32,000 nucleotides of DNA from Faecalibaculum rodentium. Its GTDB lineage: Bacteria > Bacillota_I > Bacilli_A > Erysipelotrichales > Erysipelotrichaceae. The notes below the pieces were generated by a model. The model did not search any database, had not been told where the DNA came from, and was given only the letters and a program-made list of their open reading frames with translations. The stretch covers positions 1,380,001 to 1,412,000 of the forward strand of contig NZ_CP011391.1 in NCBI RefSeq assembly GCF_001564455.1, in the 5' to 3' direction. This document shows, one piece after another, positions 20,520 to 28,979 of the stretch. Both the position numbers and the translations under genes were made by a program. The first letter of the stretch is position 1, and every line of letters starts with the position of its first letter.

Positions 20520-21551
20520 ATGTCTGATTGGATCAGATCGAACTGGTTCGTGGTCGTGATCATTGTGGCCCTGGCAGGTGCCACCGGCTATTTTATTTAC
20601 GACGCAAACCGGAACAACGTCCCGGGCCGTCAGGCAGACGGCAAGGACGTGATTGCTTCCCTTGCAGAACGGGACATCACTGCCGATGAACTGTATGACC
20701 AGGGAGCGCCCTTTGACGGACAGCTGCTTTACAATCTGTATAAAAATGCCGTGGTTTCCCAGTCTGTGCAGACCACATCGGACCTGGAGAAGGAAGCGAA
20801 AGAAATGGAGAAAACCATTGACCAGAATGTCCGGGGACAGAGTTCGGATAAATACAAGGAAGCCATTTCCGCGGAACTGGCCTCCTATGGCTTTGCGAGC
20901 TATGATGACCTGTACGACTACTGTCTGGTCAACGTAAAGGAAAAGGAACTGGACCGCACCTATGTGGATGCGCACTTCGAGGAACTGAAGAAATCCCTCA
21001 AGGACAAGCAGCCGCGGACGGTATCCCAGATCAAGGTCACGGTTTCCAACCCCGAGTCGCTGACAGAGGACGAGCAGAAGAAAGTCGACAGCATTGACAA
21101 GGCACTGGAATCCGGCACCTTCGCAAATGCGGCCACTGCCTTCTCGGATGATACAGCCACAGCAGACAAGGAAGGCTTCGCGGGGTACATCGATGCGGAT
21201 GATGCAGCCCAGGGCAATGGAGTGGTGGCTGCGGAAGCCGTCAGCGCCGCGCTGTCCCTGAAAAAGGGCGAGACAACAGACTGGATCTCTGTGACAGATG
21301 CGTCCACAGGCGCCAAAAGCATGGTGAAGGTCACAGTGGATGAAGACAATGTGACTGCGATTCACGAGTCTGACAATGAAGACGTCCGGGATGAACTGCT
21401 GTATGCGCTGCTCGGCAGCGATACCGGTCTGTCCATGAAGATCATGCAGGAGGCGGCATCCAAACTGAAGATCACGTTCGAGGACGAACAGACACAGGCC
21501 CGTCTGGACAACTACATGAAGACAGCAGGAGATCAGGCAGATGCGGAATAA
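20520..21551 (+). CDS. membrane-anchored PrsA/SurA-like foldase with a degenerate parvulin domain
   Basis: AAGGAGG 6 nt upstream of ATG 20520 (the track start at 20481 lies in the promoter). N-terminal TM WFVVVIIVALAGATGYFIY, a SurA-N-like helical region, then a parvulin-like ...SQIKVTV...FANAATAFSDD..TADKEGFAGYI. Confidence 0.7.
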   Translation: MSDWIRSNWFVVVIIVALAGATGYFIYDANRNNVPGRQADGKDVIASLAERDITADELYDQGAPFDGQLLYNLYKNAVVSQSVQTTSDLEKEAKEMEKTIDQNVRGQSSDKYKEAISAELASYGFASYDDLYDYCLVNVKEKELDRTYVDAHFEELKKSLKDKQPRTVSQIKVTVSNPESLTEDEQKKVDSIDKALESGTFANAATAFSDDTATADKEGFAGYIDADDAAQGNGVVAAEAVSAALSLKKGETTDWISVTDASTGAKSMVKVTVDEDNVTAIHESDNEDVRDELLYALLGSDTGLSMKIMQEAASKLKITFEDEQTQARLDNYMKTAGDQADAE

Positions 21552-22452
21552 ATCATGGATCGCTGCGGGTGCAGCCGGCCTGCTGTTCCTGGCGGGGTGT
21601 TCCGGAGCCACGGCTTCCGTGTCCGATCCGGACAAAGAGCTGATGACCATCGGCGATGTCACATACACCCGCGGGCAGGAATATGAATACATCAAGAAAT
21701 CCACAGGCCCGAACCTGGTGATGCAGATGGCTGAAGAAGTCATTTACGACAAGGAAGTCCCGGTGACGGATGAGATCCGGAAACAGGCGGAGGACAATTA
21801 CAACGAATACGCCAAAACCTCGGACAATCTGGAAAGCTATATCCAGAGCATGGGATACAAGGACCGGCAGGATTATATTGACAAGGTGCTGATCCCTGCT
21901 GTCCAGGCGGAAAAACTGCTGACAAAGTGGTTCACCGATGCTCAGGAGGAAATCGTGCAGGAGTACAAGCCCTCCCGGGTGCAGATCATCCAGACGGATT
22001 CCAAGGATTCCGCCAACAAGGCGCTGCAGGCACTGAAGGACGGAAAGAGCGCGCAGGATGTGGCTGGTCAGTACCAGACGGAGGGCACAAGCTACAACGG
22101 GACGGCGACCATCGTCACTACGATGGATACTGTGCTTCCCACCCGTCTGATCAACACGCTGTCCAGTGCCGAGAGCAAAGCCGGTGTGGTGAACGAAGTG
22201 TTCGAGAGCGACGACAAGACGCAGTTCTTCGTGGCTGTGCTTGTCAGCAACAACTATGATGACATCAAGGGCGAGCTGGAGAGCACACTTAAGAATGACT
22301 CCACAGTCACGGAGAAATGTCTGGTGAGCTACCTGACCAAGTATGATTTCCGGGTGTTTGACCAGGACATCTTCGATTACCTCCGCGTCAATTATCCGCA
22401 GTATCTGGTGACCAGGCCGGATCTGATGGAAAGCGCGGACGCGGAAAGCTGA
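21541..22452 (+). CDS. PrsA-like foldase lipoprotein
   Basis: Signal peptide with lipobox LLFLAGC. PrsA-like N-domain and a degenerate parvulin-like segment. Overlaps the upstream stop. Confidence 0.7.
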   Translation: MRNKSWIAAGAAGLLFLAGCSGATASVSDPDKELMTIGDVTYTRGQEYEYIKKSTGPNLVMQMAEEVIYDKEVPVTDEIRKQAEDNYNEYAKTSDNLESYIQSMGYKDRQDYIDKVLIPAVQAEKLLTKWFTDAQEEIVQEYKPSRVQIIQTDSKDSANKALQALKDGKSAQDVAGQYQTEGTSYNGTATIVTTMDTVLPTRLINTLSSAESKAGVVNEVFESDDKTQFFVAVLVSNNYDDIKGELESTLKNDSTVTEKCLVSYLTKYDFRVFDQDIFDYLRVNYPQYLVTRPDLMESADAES

Positions 22453-22493
22453 GCCAGAGAAAAGCGGCAGATTTGACTGTCTGGCCATGATGA

Positions 22494-22530
22494 AAAGACC
22501 GGTTCCGGATGTGGAATCGGTCTTTTCGTG
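22494..22530. terminator. bidirectional terminator between convergent genes
   Basis: Stem AGACCG (22496-22501) / CGGTCT (22518-22523). Followed by TTTTCG on the plus strand and TTTTCAT on the minus strand. Confidence 0.55.
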
Positions 22531-22598
22531 TGCCTGGGCTATATCGATACAGGCGGTCGGGCAGTCATCTAAGGATGCAGCGAATCAGCAGCCAGATG

Positions 22599-23631
22599 TC
22601 AGCGTTCCTGTTTGCGGATGAATGTGGACGTGATCTCATGATACATTTCGGGATATTTTTCCTTCAGCAGGTCGAGCCGGGATCTACGTCTGTCATTTTC
22701 GTTTTTGAGGCCGTCGTTCTCGGATTTGAATCCATAAATCTTCTCGATAGATACATCCCGTTCCGCCTTCATCTGGTGGTATTCCCGCTTCATCTTCGGA
22801 TCCGGCCAGACGACCTGGGCTTCATTGCAGTCATTCAGCTGATCTATGGTGTGGGCTGTTGCTGGAACTCCCTCCTTCTCCAGGTATCGAATCTGCTTTT
22901 CCGGTTCGATGGACTCTCTGAAAAAATGACTGAGGCACTGAATGGCTCCGTCTCCCGATTCATCCCGGTCATTTCCGATTGCGAACACCTTGATCCGTAT
23001 AAAACCATCCATGACATGACACAGATTCTGTCCTGCATTTCCTGTATCACTGTCAGTAAAAACCATTTCAGCGCGGCTTCTGCAGTCAATAATAAAACTG
23101 TGTTCCATGAGCGGCATGATCCTCAAGGCAAGAATCGGTTTCGCATTCCGGTATTCATCTCCGGAACAACCACTGACATCATTTTTCTGCGATGTCAGCA
23201 ATACACCGATGCAGTAAAAGAACCGTCCTGCCAGATGCCTGGATCCTGGATTCGTGTTCTGCCTCTCGACATCGATCAGAAGTACATTCGGATCGGCTGT
23301 TTCACAGACATACAGAACCAGTGAATCAGACTTGCCGTGGCTTTTTCTGTTTCAGCCAGCTGGTCCTTCAGACATTCGCTCACACCCCCAGTATCTGCTG
23401 CCATCGATTTCCTGAAGCGGCATGCTATATCCTTCAGACTGCCCGAAAACAGGTCCGGTACAGTTTTCTTCAGATTCAGCGCACACAGATATGGCAAAGA
23501 CAGGATTTCCTTTGCGCTCTGTCGTATCTTGCCTTTGCTTCCTCCGGGGAGATGACAGCCGTGAGTTCTTCGCTGATGGCCCTATGGCCATGTGGGATTC
23601 CATCCTTCCTGTCTTTTCTGTTTTTGTCCAT
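22599..23631 (-). pseudogene. apparently frameshifted gene of unknown function (three frame segments)
   Basis: Strong RBS AAGAAAGGAGAAGG-ATG at 23631. Frame a runs 23631->23476 (51 codons), frame b 23497->23276, and frame c is open 23351->22599 with no start codon before TTG 23201. Consecutive segments overlap, so two single-nt indels would join them into ~340 aa. A-runs lie in both overlap zones. Confidence 0.4.
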
Positions 23632-23700
23632 CCTTCTCCTTTCTTTCCAGACCGCCCGATTTTATCTGGACTCTTTCTTTCCTTCCCGGTTTTACCGGGC

Positions 23701-23730
23701 ATTTTCAAAACACCCGGATGCAACCGGGTG
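23701..23730 (-). terminator. intrinsic terminator ending the T7SS operon
   Basis: On the minus strand: CACCCGG-TTGCAT-CCGGGTG followed by TTTTGAAAA. A second small hairpin CCCGGTAAAACCGGG follows. Confidence 0.7.
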
Positions 23731-23795
23731 TGAAAGATGAAGAACTGGTTTATCTCTGTTCCCGTTCAAGTCATGCAGACTGCCGGGAAAAGTTT

Positions 23796-24074
23796 TTATT
23801 CGTGCAGGGTATCGTACTGTTCTTCCAGCACACGACGGAAGCCGAATTCCTCCTGATCCTGCATGCCCACATACCAGAGCAGATCGATATCGTCATGATT
23901 GAAGAGATACAGCCGGTCACTGCGGATCATGCCTTCCGGCCAGAGGACGCCCGCGTAGTCATACAGGATGTCATCTCCTCCCCGCTGGATCCGCCCGACG
24001 GTCATGAGCTTCTTGGACCCTTCTTTCAGGGTCACGACGCTGCCAAGCGGCAGCCATTCCGGTGTCTGTTTCAT
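23796..24074 (-). CDS. DUF4176-family protein (T7SSb-associated)
   Basis: 92 aa with RBS AAAGGAAA. WLPLGSVVTLKEGSKKLMTVGR......YDYAGVLWPEG.I.SD.LYLFNHDDI matches the DUF4176 consensus as I recall it. Confidence 0.8.
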   Translation of the reverse strand: MKQTPEWLPLGSVVTLKEGSKKLMTVGRIQRGGDDILYDYAGVLWPEGMIRSDRLYLFNHDDIDLLWYVGMQDQEEFGFRRVLEEQYDTLHE

Positions 24075-24185
24075 GTTGTTTCCTTTCTTGTTGTTGCTTG
24101 TTGCCTTTCTGAATTGATTCGATTCACTCTGACCGGTCCGGATGATTCAGGTCCAGGGGATGGCCAGTCACAAATACGAGTGCCA

Positions 24186-24992
24186 TCAATAGCGGACATT
24201 CACCTTGAATCCGGTGCCCGCAATGAAGCCAAGCTTGCTGCCAAACTCCCACTCCCGGTTCATGTGCCGATAGGAGAGGCCGGCTTCACAGCTGCCAACC
24301 GAGCCTTCTCCTGTAATGGTCACCGTACAGCCCAGAAGAGAGAACGCCAGGGAACATTCTCCCCGGAACGCCGCAGCTCCCACAGATGCTTCCAGTGTCT
24401 GTTCGTCTTTGGACAGCACTGCCTCGGCTTTCGCATAGACAGCCCCGGTCTCACCCCTGACCCGCAAAGACCCGGACATACCTGTTCCCGAAAACACCCT
24501 GTAGTTTCCCGTCACACAGGCAGCACTCATGGATGCCTCTGCCTGGATCCTGGCTTCGGGACTGAATCTCTTCTTTTTGTCCCAGAGCTTCAATCCCACA
24601 CTGCCCGAGGCCTGTGTATCAAATACCCGGACATCGGTATCGAATCTGTGATGCGCTCCACTGTGCGTGAACCGGGCTGCAGCCAGAGACGTGGAGACGG
24701 TTCCGCTGAAGGTGGTCGTGACCGGCTTCTTTTTCAGCTGCTGTCCCAGGTTCCATACCTCTGTGTGACTGACCTGCATCGTTCCGGGTTTCCAGACCGA
24801 AGTAACGGAAGCCAGAGCCGTCTCCGTCTGCTCCGCCTGCGTGGCGGCTGTCTCAAACCAGAGAGCCAGCCGGTTCAGGCTGTTCTGGACCTCCAGGTGT
24901 GTGCCATACGCTGCACTGCTTCTGTACCCCCAGGACTGAAGACCCCGAAGACTTGCCGAATACCCCTTCAGGGCATCAGTGTCGGTCCTCAT
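24186..24992 (-). CDS. candidate T7SS substrate/effector: helical N-terminus + beta-rich Gly/Ala/Ser C-domain
   Basis: 268 aa. The N-terminal ~75 aa are predicted helical. The remainder has alternating-pattern segments (ARIQAEASMSAACVTG, GAVYAKAEAVLS, ECSLAFSLLGCTVTITGEGSVGSCEAGLSY) and ends GFKVNVRY. No family recognised. Confidence 0.6.
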   Translation of the reverse strand: MRTDTDALKGYSASLRGLQSWGYRSSAAYGTHLEVQNSLNRLALWFETAATQAEQTETALASVTSVWKPGTMQVSHTEVWNLGQQLKKKPVTTTFSGTVSTSLAAARFTHSGAHHRFDTDVRVFDTQASGSVGLKLWDKKKRFSPEARIQAEASMSAACVTGNYRVFSGTGMSGSLRVRGETGAVYAKAEAVLSKDEQTLEASVGAAAFRGECSLAFSLLGCTVTITGEGSVGSCEAGLSYRHMNREWEFGSKLGFIAGTGFKVNVRY

Positions 24993-25152
24993 CCTGTTTC
25001 AGGGCAGCCAGGATCACTCTTGCCTGAGACTGCATCAGACTGAGGCGGCTGCACACCTGCTGACGCTCCTGTGCACTCAGGCAGGCAGGAATGCTGTGCT
25101 TCATGGATTGAAGACGGCCAATCAGGTTCTGATAGTAGACCTGTTCCCTCAT
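24976..25152 (-). CDS. 58-aa helical protein (possible effector-targeting/chaperone factor)
   Basis: ATGA overlap with the upstream stop (25149-25152). Sequence MREQVYYQNLIGRLQSMKHSIPACLSAQERQQVCSRLSLMQSQARVILAALKQDEDRH. Below the track cutoff. Overlaps the next start by 17 nt. Confidence 0.55.
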   Translation of the reverse strand: MREQVYYQNLIGRLQSMKHSIPACLSAQERQQVCSRLSLMQSQARVILAALKQDEDRH

Positions 25153-25433
25153 GAGGCCATGCCGGCAGCAAGGATCTGCTCGGTTTCCTGATAGGATGCG
25201 GCTGTCTGGTCCAGATAGATTGTGAAGGCTTCGGTCACTTCACAATAGTTTTCATACAGGGGAACCAGCGTCTCGTATTCGCTCGCGAATGCCCGGCTGG
25301 CCGGTGAACTCCATTCACCTTCCATAGCCCGGATCCGGCCGGTCACTGCCGCAAACAGGGCACGCATGTCATTGAGCTGGGATTTCATCGTGGCGGATCT
25401 GGCCGCCAGTTCCTGACTGGAAATCCGGATCAT
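25149..25433 (-). CDS. WXG100-like helical hairpin protein (degenerate WXG)
   Basis: 94 aa with an ATGA overlap to the upstream gene. Central MEGEWSSPAS replaces W-x-G. C-terminal ...AASYQETEQ. Confidence 0.65.
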   Translation of the reverse strand: MIRISSQELAARSATMKSQLNDMRALFAAVTGRIRAMEGEWSSPASRAFASEYETLVPLYENYCEVTEAFTIYLDQTAASYQETEQILAAGMAS

Positions 25434-25723
25434 AACAGCCTCGCAGCCTGTGCGGCTCTGTCCTGCTGCAACTGACGATAGATCTGTGCTGTGCGGATCA
25501 ATGTATCACCATACTGCGACATGATTTCAGTCAGACGGATCAGGTGCGGCTGCAGGCTCCGTGCCTGCGACAGGAAGGTCTGGCAGTCTTCGCCCTGCCA
25601 GATTTCCGCCGTCTGTTCCATGGTTGCAGCCAGCTGCCGGATACGGCTCCGGCAGTCCTGTGCCTGCTGCTGAAGGTTTTGTCCTTCCTGAAGAATGTGG
25701 TCATAGTTGGCCTGTATGTGCAT
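25430..25723 (-). CDS. esxA: WXG100 family protein (EsxA-like)
   Basis: Start at ATG 25723 (AGAAAGGAAAA 7-8 nt upstream), 97 aa. Central AEIWQGED supplies W-x-G. Helix-turn-helix layout. Confidence 0.8.
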   Translation of the reverse strand: MHIQANYDHILQEGQNLQQQAQDCRSRIRQLAATMEQTAEIWQGEDCQTFLSQARSLQPHLIRLTEIMSQYGDTLIRTAQIYRQLQQDRAAQAARLL

Positions 25724-25768
25724 AATCAGTTTTCCTTTCTCGTGAATCATTGACGCAATGCCGGCCCT

Positions 25769-25972
25769 TCAGGCCAGCAGCGCAAGAAGATGTGTCCCAA
25801 ACGGACATTCCAGCAGCCCGGACGGCAGTGAAGGATCCAGCACCTGCCTTGTCACGGGATCCATCAGCCAGAGAATCCCCAGATCTGCCGGAGCGGTTTC
25901 CGGAGAGAGCCAGAGCTGCAGCGTGTCTCCTGTCAGGACATCCGTGATGTTCAGCAGCCAGTCACTGTGCAT
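25769..25972 (-). CDS. possible YukD/EsaB-like ubiquitin-fold protein, 67 aa
   Basis: Fills the only gap in the operon, is co-directional, and its start overlaps the essC stop by 11 nt. Loose resemblance to YukD (ITDV..G.TLQLWLS... and ...LLECPFGTHLLAL). No clear SD, and the GC-rich context makes chance ORFs likely. Confidence 0.4.
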   Translation of the reverse strand: MHSDWLLNITDVLTGDTLQLWLSPETAPADLGILWLMDPVTRQVLDPSLPSGLLECPFGTHLLALLA

Positions 25973-28900
25973 GGATCAGCGGTATGAGGCCCTGGCATAC
26001 GGATTTCTTCTGCAGGATCCATGGTTCCGGCACAGAAGGCAGGCCCAGTGTCCAGGCCCTGGGTTTCCAGCCACCTGTATACAGTCTGCTGCAGGGTGCT
26101 GTATGATCTTCCGGTTCCACCAGCGGCTTTGGCCAGTCAGGACGCCACTGACAGAGCCTGGCTGCCACCACCATGGCCTCATTGCCATAGACAGCGAGCG
26201 GTTCGCCATCCCAGAACACCGGCTCTCCCTGATGCAGGCCGAGCACAGGCTGAGTGAAAACCGCAGCCCAGTCCTGCGGCTGGTCAAAATCCGGCAGGAC
26301 CATATCATCCTGCGGATCCAGCCGGTCCTGAAAATGAAGTGGCAGCCCGTCTGGTTCAAGGCGGCCTGTCGGGAATGGCACATCGTTCCGGAATCCCCCG
26401 AACAGGCTCAGACTGGCGGCACTGCCGGTCACAATGGTCTGATCCGGCGAAACAGTCAGTCTGTCAGGCCTGGTCTGGATCAGGATCAGACGCACATCGG
26501 GATGGATCCATAATGCCGGGTCTTCATCCAGCAGGACCACTGTCCGCTCCCCCTGCAGATGCAGGGCAAACCAGGCAGTACCGGCAGTTGGCAGGACCAT
26601 GCCCGGATAGACAGTCTGCAGAACGGTCAGGACCTGATCCCGGTTTTCCGGTGCCAGGATCCGGGTGAAACTGCCGAGAGGCGGATCCAGGATCCAGAGT
26701 CTGGCTGCGTACGCATCCAGCACCTGCGCGAGTCCCGGCCCATCAAACGACCCGGGCATTCCGGGGAGCAGGAGATCGCAGCATTCCCGGCCTTTGGCAG
26801 CGAGTTCCAGGGTTTCTTCCATCCAGGTCCTGACTGGCAGCTGCCGCAGGATTTGGCCATCTGCTTTTTGCAGACAGCCGCCGGCGCTGACAGGCCGTCT
26901 GGCATAGAGTGCCTGAAACCGCATCGGTCCAAACCAGCCATCTCCTGCCCCTTTCAGGTCCGCGGCCCGGCCATCATGCAGCACTTCCTGGCTTTCAAAC
27001 CGGTCTCTTACCTTGAAACACAGCACATAACCCGTATTTGCCAGGATCTGGGCATCCACGATTCCCTGCGGACGCTGAGTGGACAGAAGGAGACAGATGC
27101 CCAGAGACCGTCCGACCCTGGCCAGGGACTGAAGAAAGTCCATCTGCATAGGATACTGTTCCCGGATCTGCGCAAATTCATCTGCGACCACCAGCAGAAG
27201 CGGGATCGGGTTTTCCGGACAGAACCGGTTCAGGGTGACAAAATCCGGTGTCTGCGCCGGGTACAGAGTCTGGAAGTCATGCATGCGCTGCTCCCTGCGT
27301 TTCAGTTCCCCTTCCAGGGCCAGCTGCAGGGCGTCCATCCCGGTTTCATCCAGATCCGTCATGATGCCTGCACAATGCGGCAGTCCGGAAAAGGGAGCCG
27401 CAAAGGAACCACCCTTGAAGTCCAGGATCACAAACCGGAACCAGGCTGGGTCGTTTTCCTTCATCAGCTGCGTCAGAAGCGTGGCCATGGCTTCCGATTT
27501 CCCGCTTCCCGTGGTTCCTGCGACCAGGCCGTGGGGCCCGTCTGCCAGCAAGTCCAGGAAGACTGGCTGCTGCTGTTGATTCGTGCCGATCTGAACCCGG
27601 TAGCAGGGACCGGTCCCGACTTTGGAAAGTGGTCTTGTCTGAGGTCGGGGAGGACAGAACCGGAGGCTGTTCAGGTTTGTCAGAGTCACCGACAACCCCG
27701 TATCTTCCCGGATATCCAGTCCATAGACCGCCATGCCCGGCAGCTTTCCTGTGACCCGGCTGTGGTCATGCCACAAATGAGGATATTCTCCGGCCACCGG
27801 CTGCAGCCCGCCCCACTTTACCCGTGCCGGATCCTGGCTCCAGATGGTCATCGCAAACAGGGCTTCCGGATTTCCCGATACAGGTGCTTCCATGTCCTCG
27901 TACCGCAGAGTCCGGACAGGAATGGCTGCTTCTTCCAGAACAGCTTTCACAAAGGCAAAGAGGGGGTGACGACGGTGCTGCCAGCTGAATGATGATTCCC
28001 GGATTTCAACCGGCAGCCCGGTCTCGGTCCATCCGCAGGGAACCGGAAGTCCGCTTTGAAACAGGACGGGATCAAGGTTTGACCAGAGCTCAGCGAGCTT
28101 CTCCTGCTGTTTTGTGATTTGCTCCCGCAGCTGTCTGAACTGCATCTGCAGGCCGCATAGATACTGGCGGTAAGCCTCCAGTCTGCCGTCTGCTTCTGCC
28201 TGCTGCTGTTTCCAGGTCATGCGGCGGGAAATCAGGCCATAGACCAGGAAGCTGCCGGCCATGCTCAGCGACATCACAAGACTTGTCCTGACGGTATCTG
28301 CGGTTCCGGCTTGTGTGACCTGGAGCAGGGCTGCCGACAGCAGGGATCCGGCACACATCAGCAGGCTTGACCCGCAGGACAGAAACAGGCTCTGGGGCTT
28401 CACCGGTTCCTGCAGTGTCCAGCTCTCCAGTGTCTCCTGCAAAGGGTCCGGCATCACTGTCCAGCCGGGAAGGGATTTCCAGGACTGTGTCCTGTCCGGC
28501 TGTCGTGCAGCGTTGACAGGAATGGCGGATACCGGCGGTCCATGCTGGCGAAAGCTGCACAGAAAGAAGGACCCCACCCATAACAGGCTGCAGCGTGCAC
28601 ACTGGATGCGGTCCAGGAAATGCAGCGTTTCGCGCCGGATCCTGCGTCCGTTGACGTAGGTTCCATTCATGGAGTCCAGGTCTTCCAGCACATAGTTCCC
28701 GCCCTGCCGCGTGATGCGGAAGTGTTCGATGGATACAGCCGGATCGGGTGTTTCCATGAGCTGCCGTCCAAAGACAAATCCGTCATGTGCCAGCAGAAGG
28801 CTCAGGTCATCAGGACCAGGACGGGCTCTGGCGTAATACACCGTGTCGCCGGCAATCCGGGCATGATTCAGCGGGACTTGTATGGACCGATGGTCATCCT

Positions 28901-28979
28901 CCATGACCACAGCCCCGTTTCTTTCCGGCAGCTCCAGGCTGGAAAAGCGGTTTTCGGTAAAGCACAGCAGCTCAGCCAT
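25962..28979 (-). CDS. essC: EssC/YukB-like FtsK-SpoIIIE T7SS ATPase, short form (1005 aa)
   Basis: N-terminal FHA region (...ITRQGGNYVLEDLDSMNGTYVNGRRI), two TM segments, and one canonical P-loop domain (GTTGSGKSE; Walker B LLLVVADEF; STQRP). A ~290-aa C-terminal region has no Walker A. Confidence 0.85.
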   Translation of the reverse strand: MAELLCFTENRFSSLELPERNGAVVMEDDHRSIQVPLNHARIAGDTVYYARARPGPDDLSLLLAHDGFVFGRQLMETPDPAVSIEHFRITRQGGNYVLEDLDSMNGTYVNGRRIRRETLHFLDRIQCARCSLLWVGSFFLCSFRQHGPPVSAIPVNAARQPDRTQSWKSLPGWTVMPDPLQETLESWTLQEPVKPQSLFLSCGSSLLMCAGSLLSAALLQVTQAGTADTVRTSLVMSLSMAGSFLVYGLISRRMTWKQQQAEADGRLEAYRQYLCGLQMQFRQLREQITKQQEKLAELWSNLDPVLFQSGLPVPCGWTETGLPVEIRESSFSWQHRRHPLFAFVKAVLEEAAIPVRTLRYEDMEAPVSGNPEALFAMTIWSQDPARVKWGGLQPVAGEYPHLWHDHSRVTGKLPGMAVYGLDIREDTGLSVTLTNLNSLRFCPPRPQTRPLSKVGTGPCYRVQIGTNQQQQPVFLDLLADGPHGLVAGTTGSGKSEAMATLLTQLMKENDPAWFRFVILDFKGGSFAAPFSGLPHCAGIMTDLDETGMDALQLALEGELKRREQRMHDFQTLYPAQTPDFVTLNRFCPENPIPLLLVVADEFAQIREQYPMQMDFLQSLARVGRSLGICLLLSTQRPQGIVDAQILANTGYVLCFKVRDRFESQEVLHDGRAADLKGAGDGWFGPMRFQALYARRPVSAGGCLQKADGQILRQLPVRTWMEETLELAAKGRECCDLLLPGMPGSFDGPGLAQVLDAYAARLWILDPPLGSFTRILAPENRDQVLTVLQTVYPGMVLPTAGTAWFALHLQGERTVVLLDEDPALWIHPDVRLILIQTRPDRLTVSPDQTIVTGSAASLSLFGGFRNDVPFPTGRLEPDGLPLHFQDRLDPQDDMVLPDFDQPQDWAAVFTQPVLGLHQGEPVFWDGEPLAVYGNEAMVVAARLCQWRPDWPKPLVEPEDHTAPCSRLYTGGWKPRAWTLGLPSVPEPWILQKKSVCQGLIPLIHAQ

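Noticed and set aside
20490-22488. Long minus-strand ORFs (417 aa and 311 aa) antisense to the foldase genes
   Set aside because: Arg/Cys/His-rich nonsense-like sequences typical of antisense frames in GC-rich coding DNA. The plus-strand genes have strong RBSs, a TM segment or lipobox, and PrsA-like features.
22509-23324. 271-aa plus-strand ORF
   Set aside because: It is antisense to the more protein-like minus-strand frame and begins inside the bidirectional terminator. It has no RBS.
23352-23354. In-frame TGA separating track ORFs 23352..23723 and 22599..23201, as possible selenocysteine or read-through
   Set aside because: The upstream 123-aa frame is implausible as protein and spans the operon terminator hairpins. 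A better explanation is a gene starting at 23631 in another frame with two frameshifts.
23592-27992. Long plus-strand ORFs (483 aa at 23592..25043, 251 aa at 25758..26513, 477 aa at 26559..27992) in the T7SS block
   Set aside because: They are antisense to a translationally coupled minus-strand operon with clear WXG100, EssC and DUF4176 signatures. Their composition is Pro/Arg/Gly-rich shadow sequence, and one crosses a terminator and an intergenic region.
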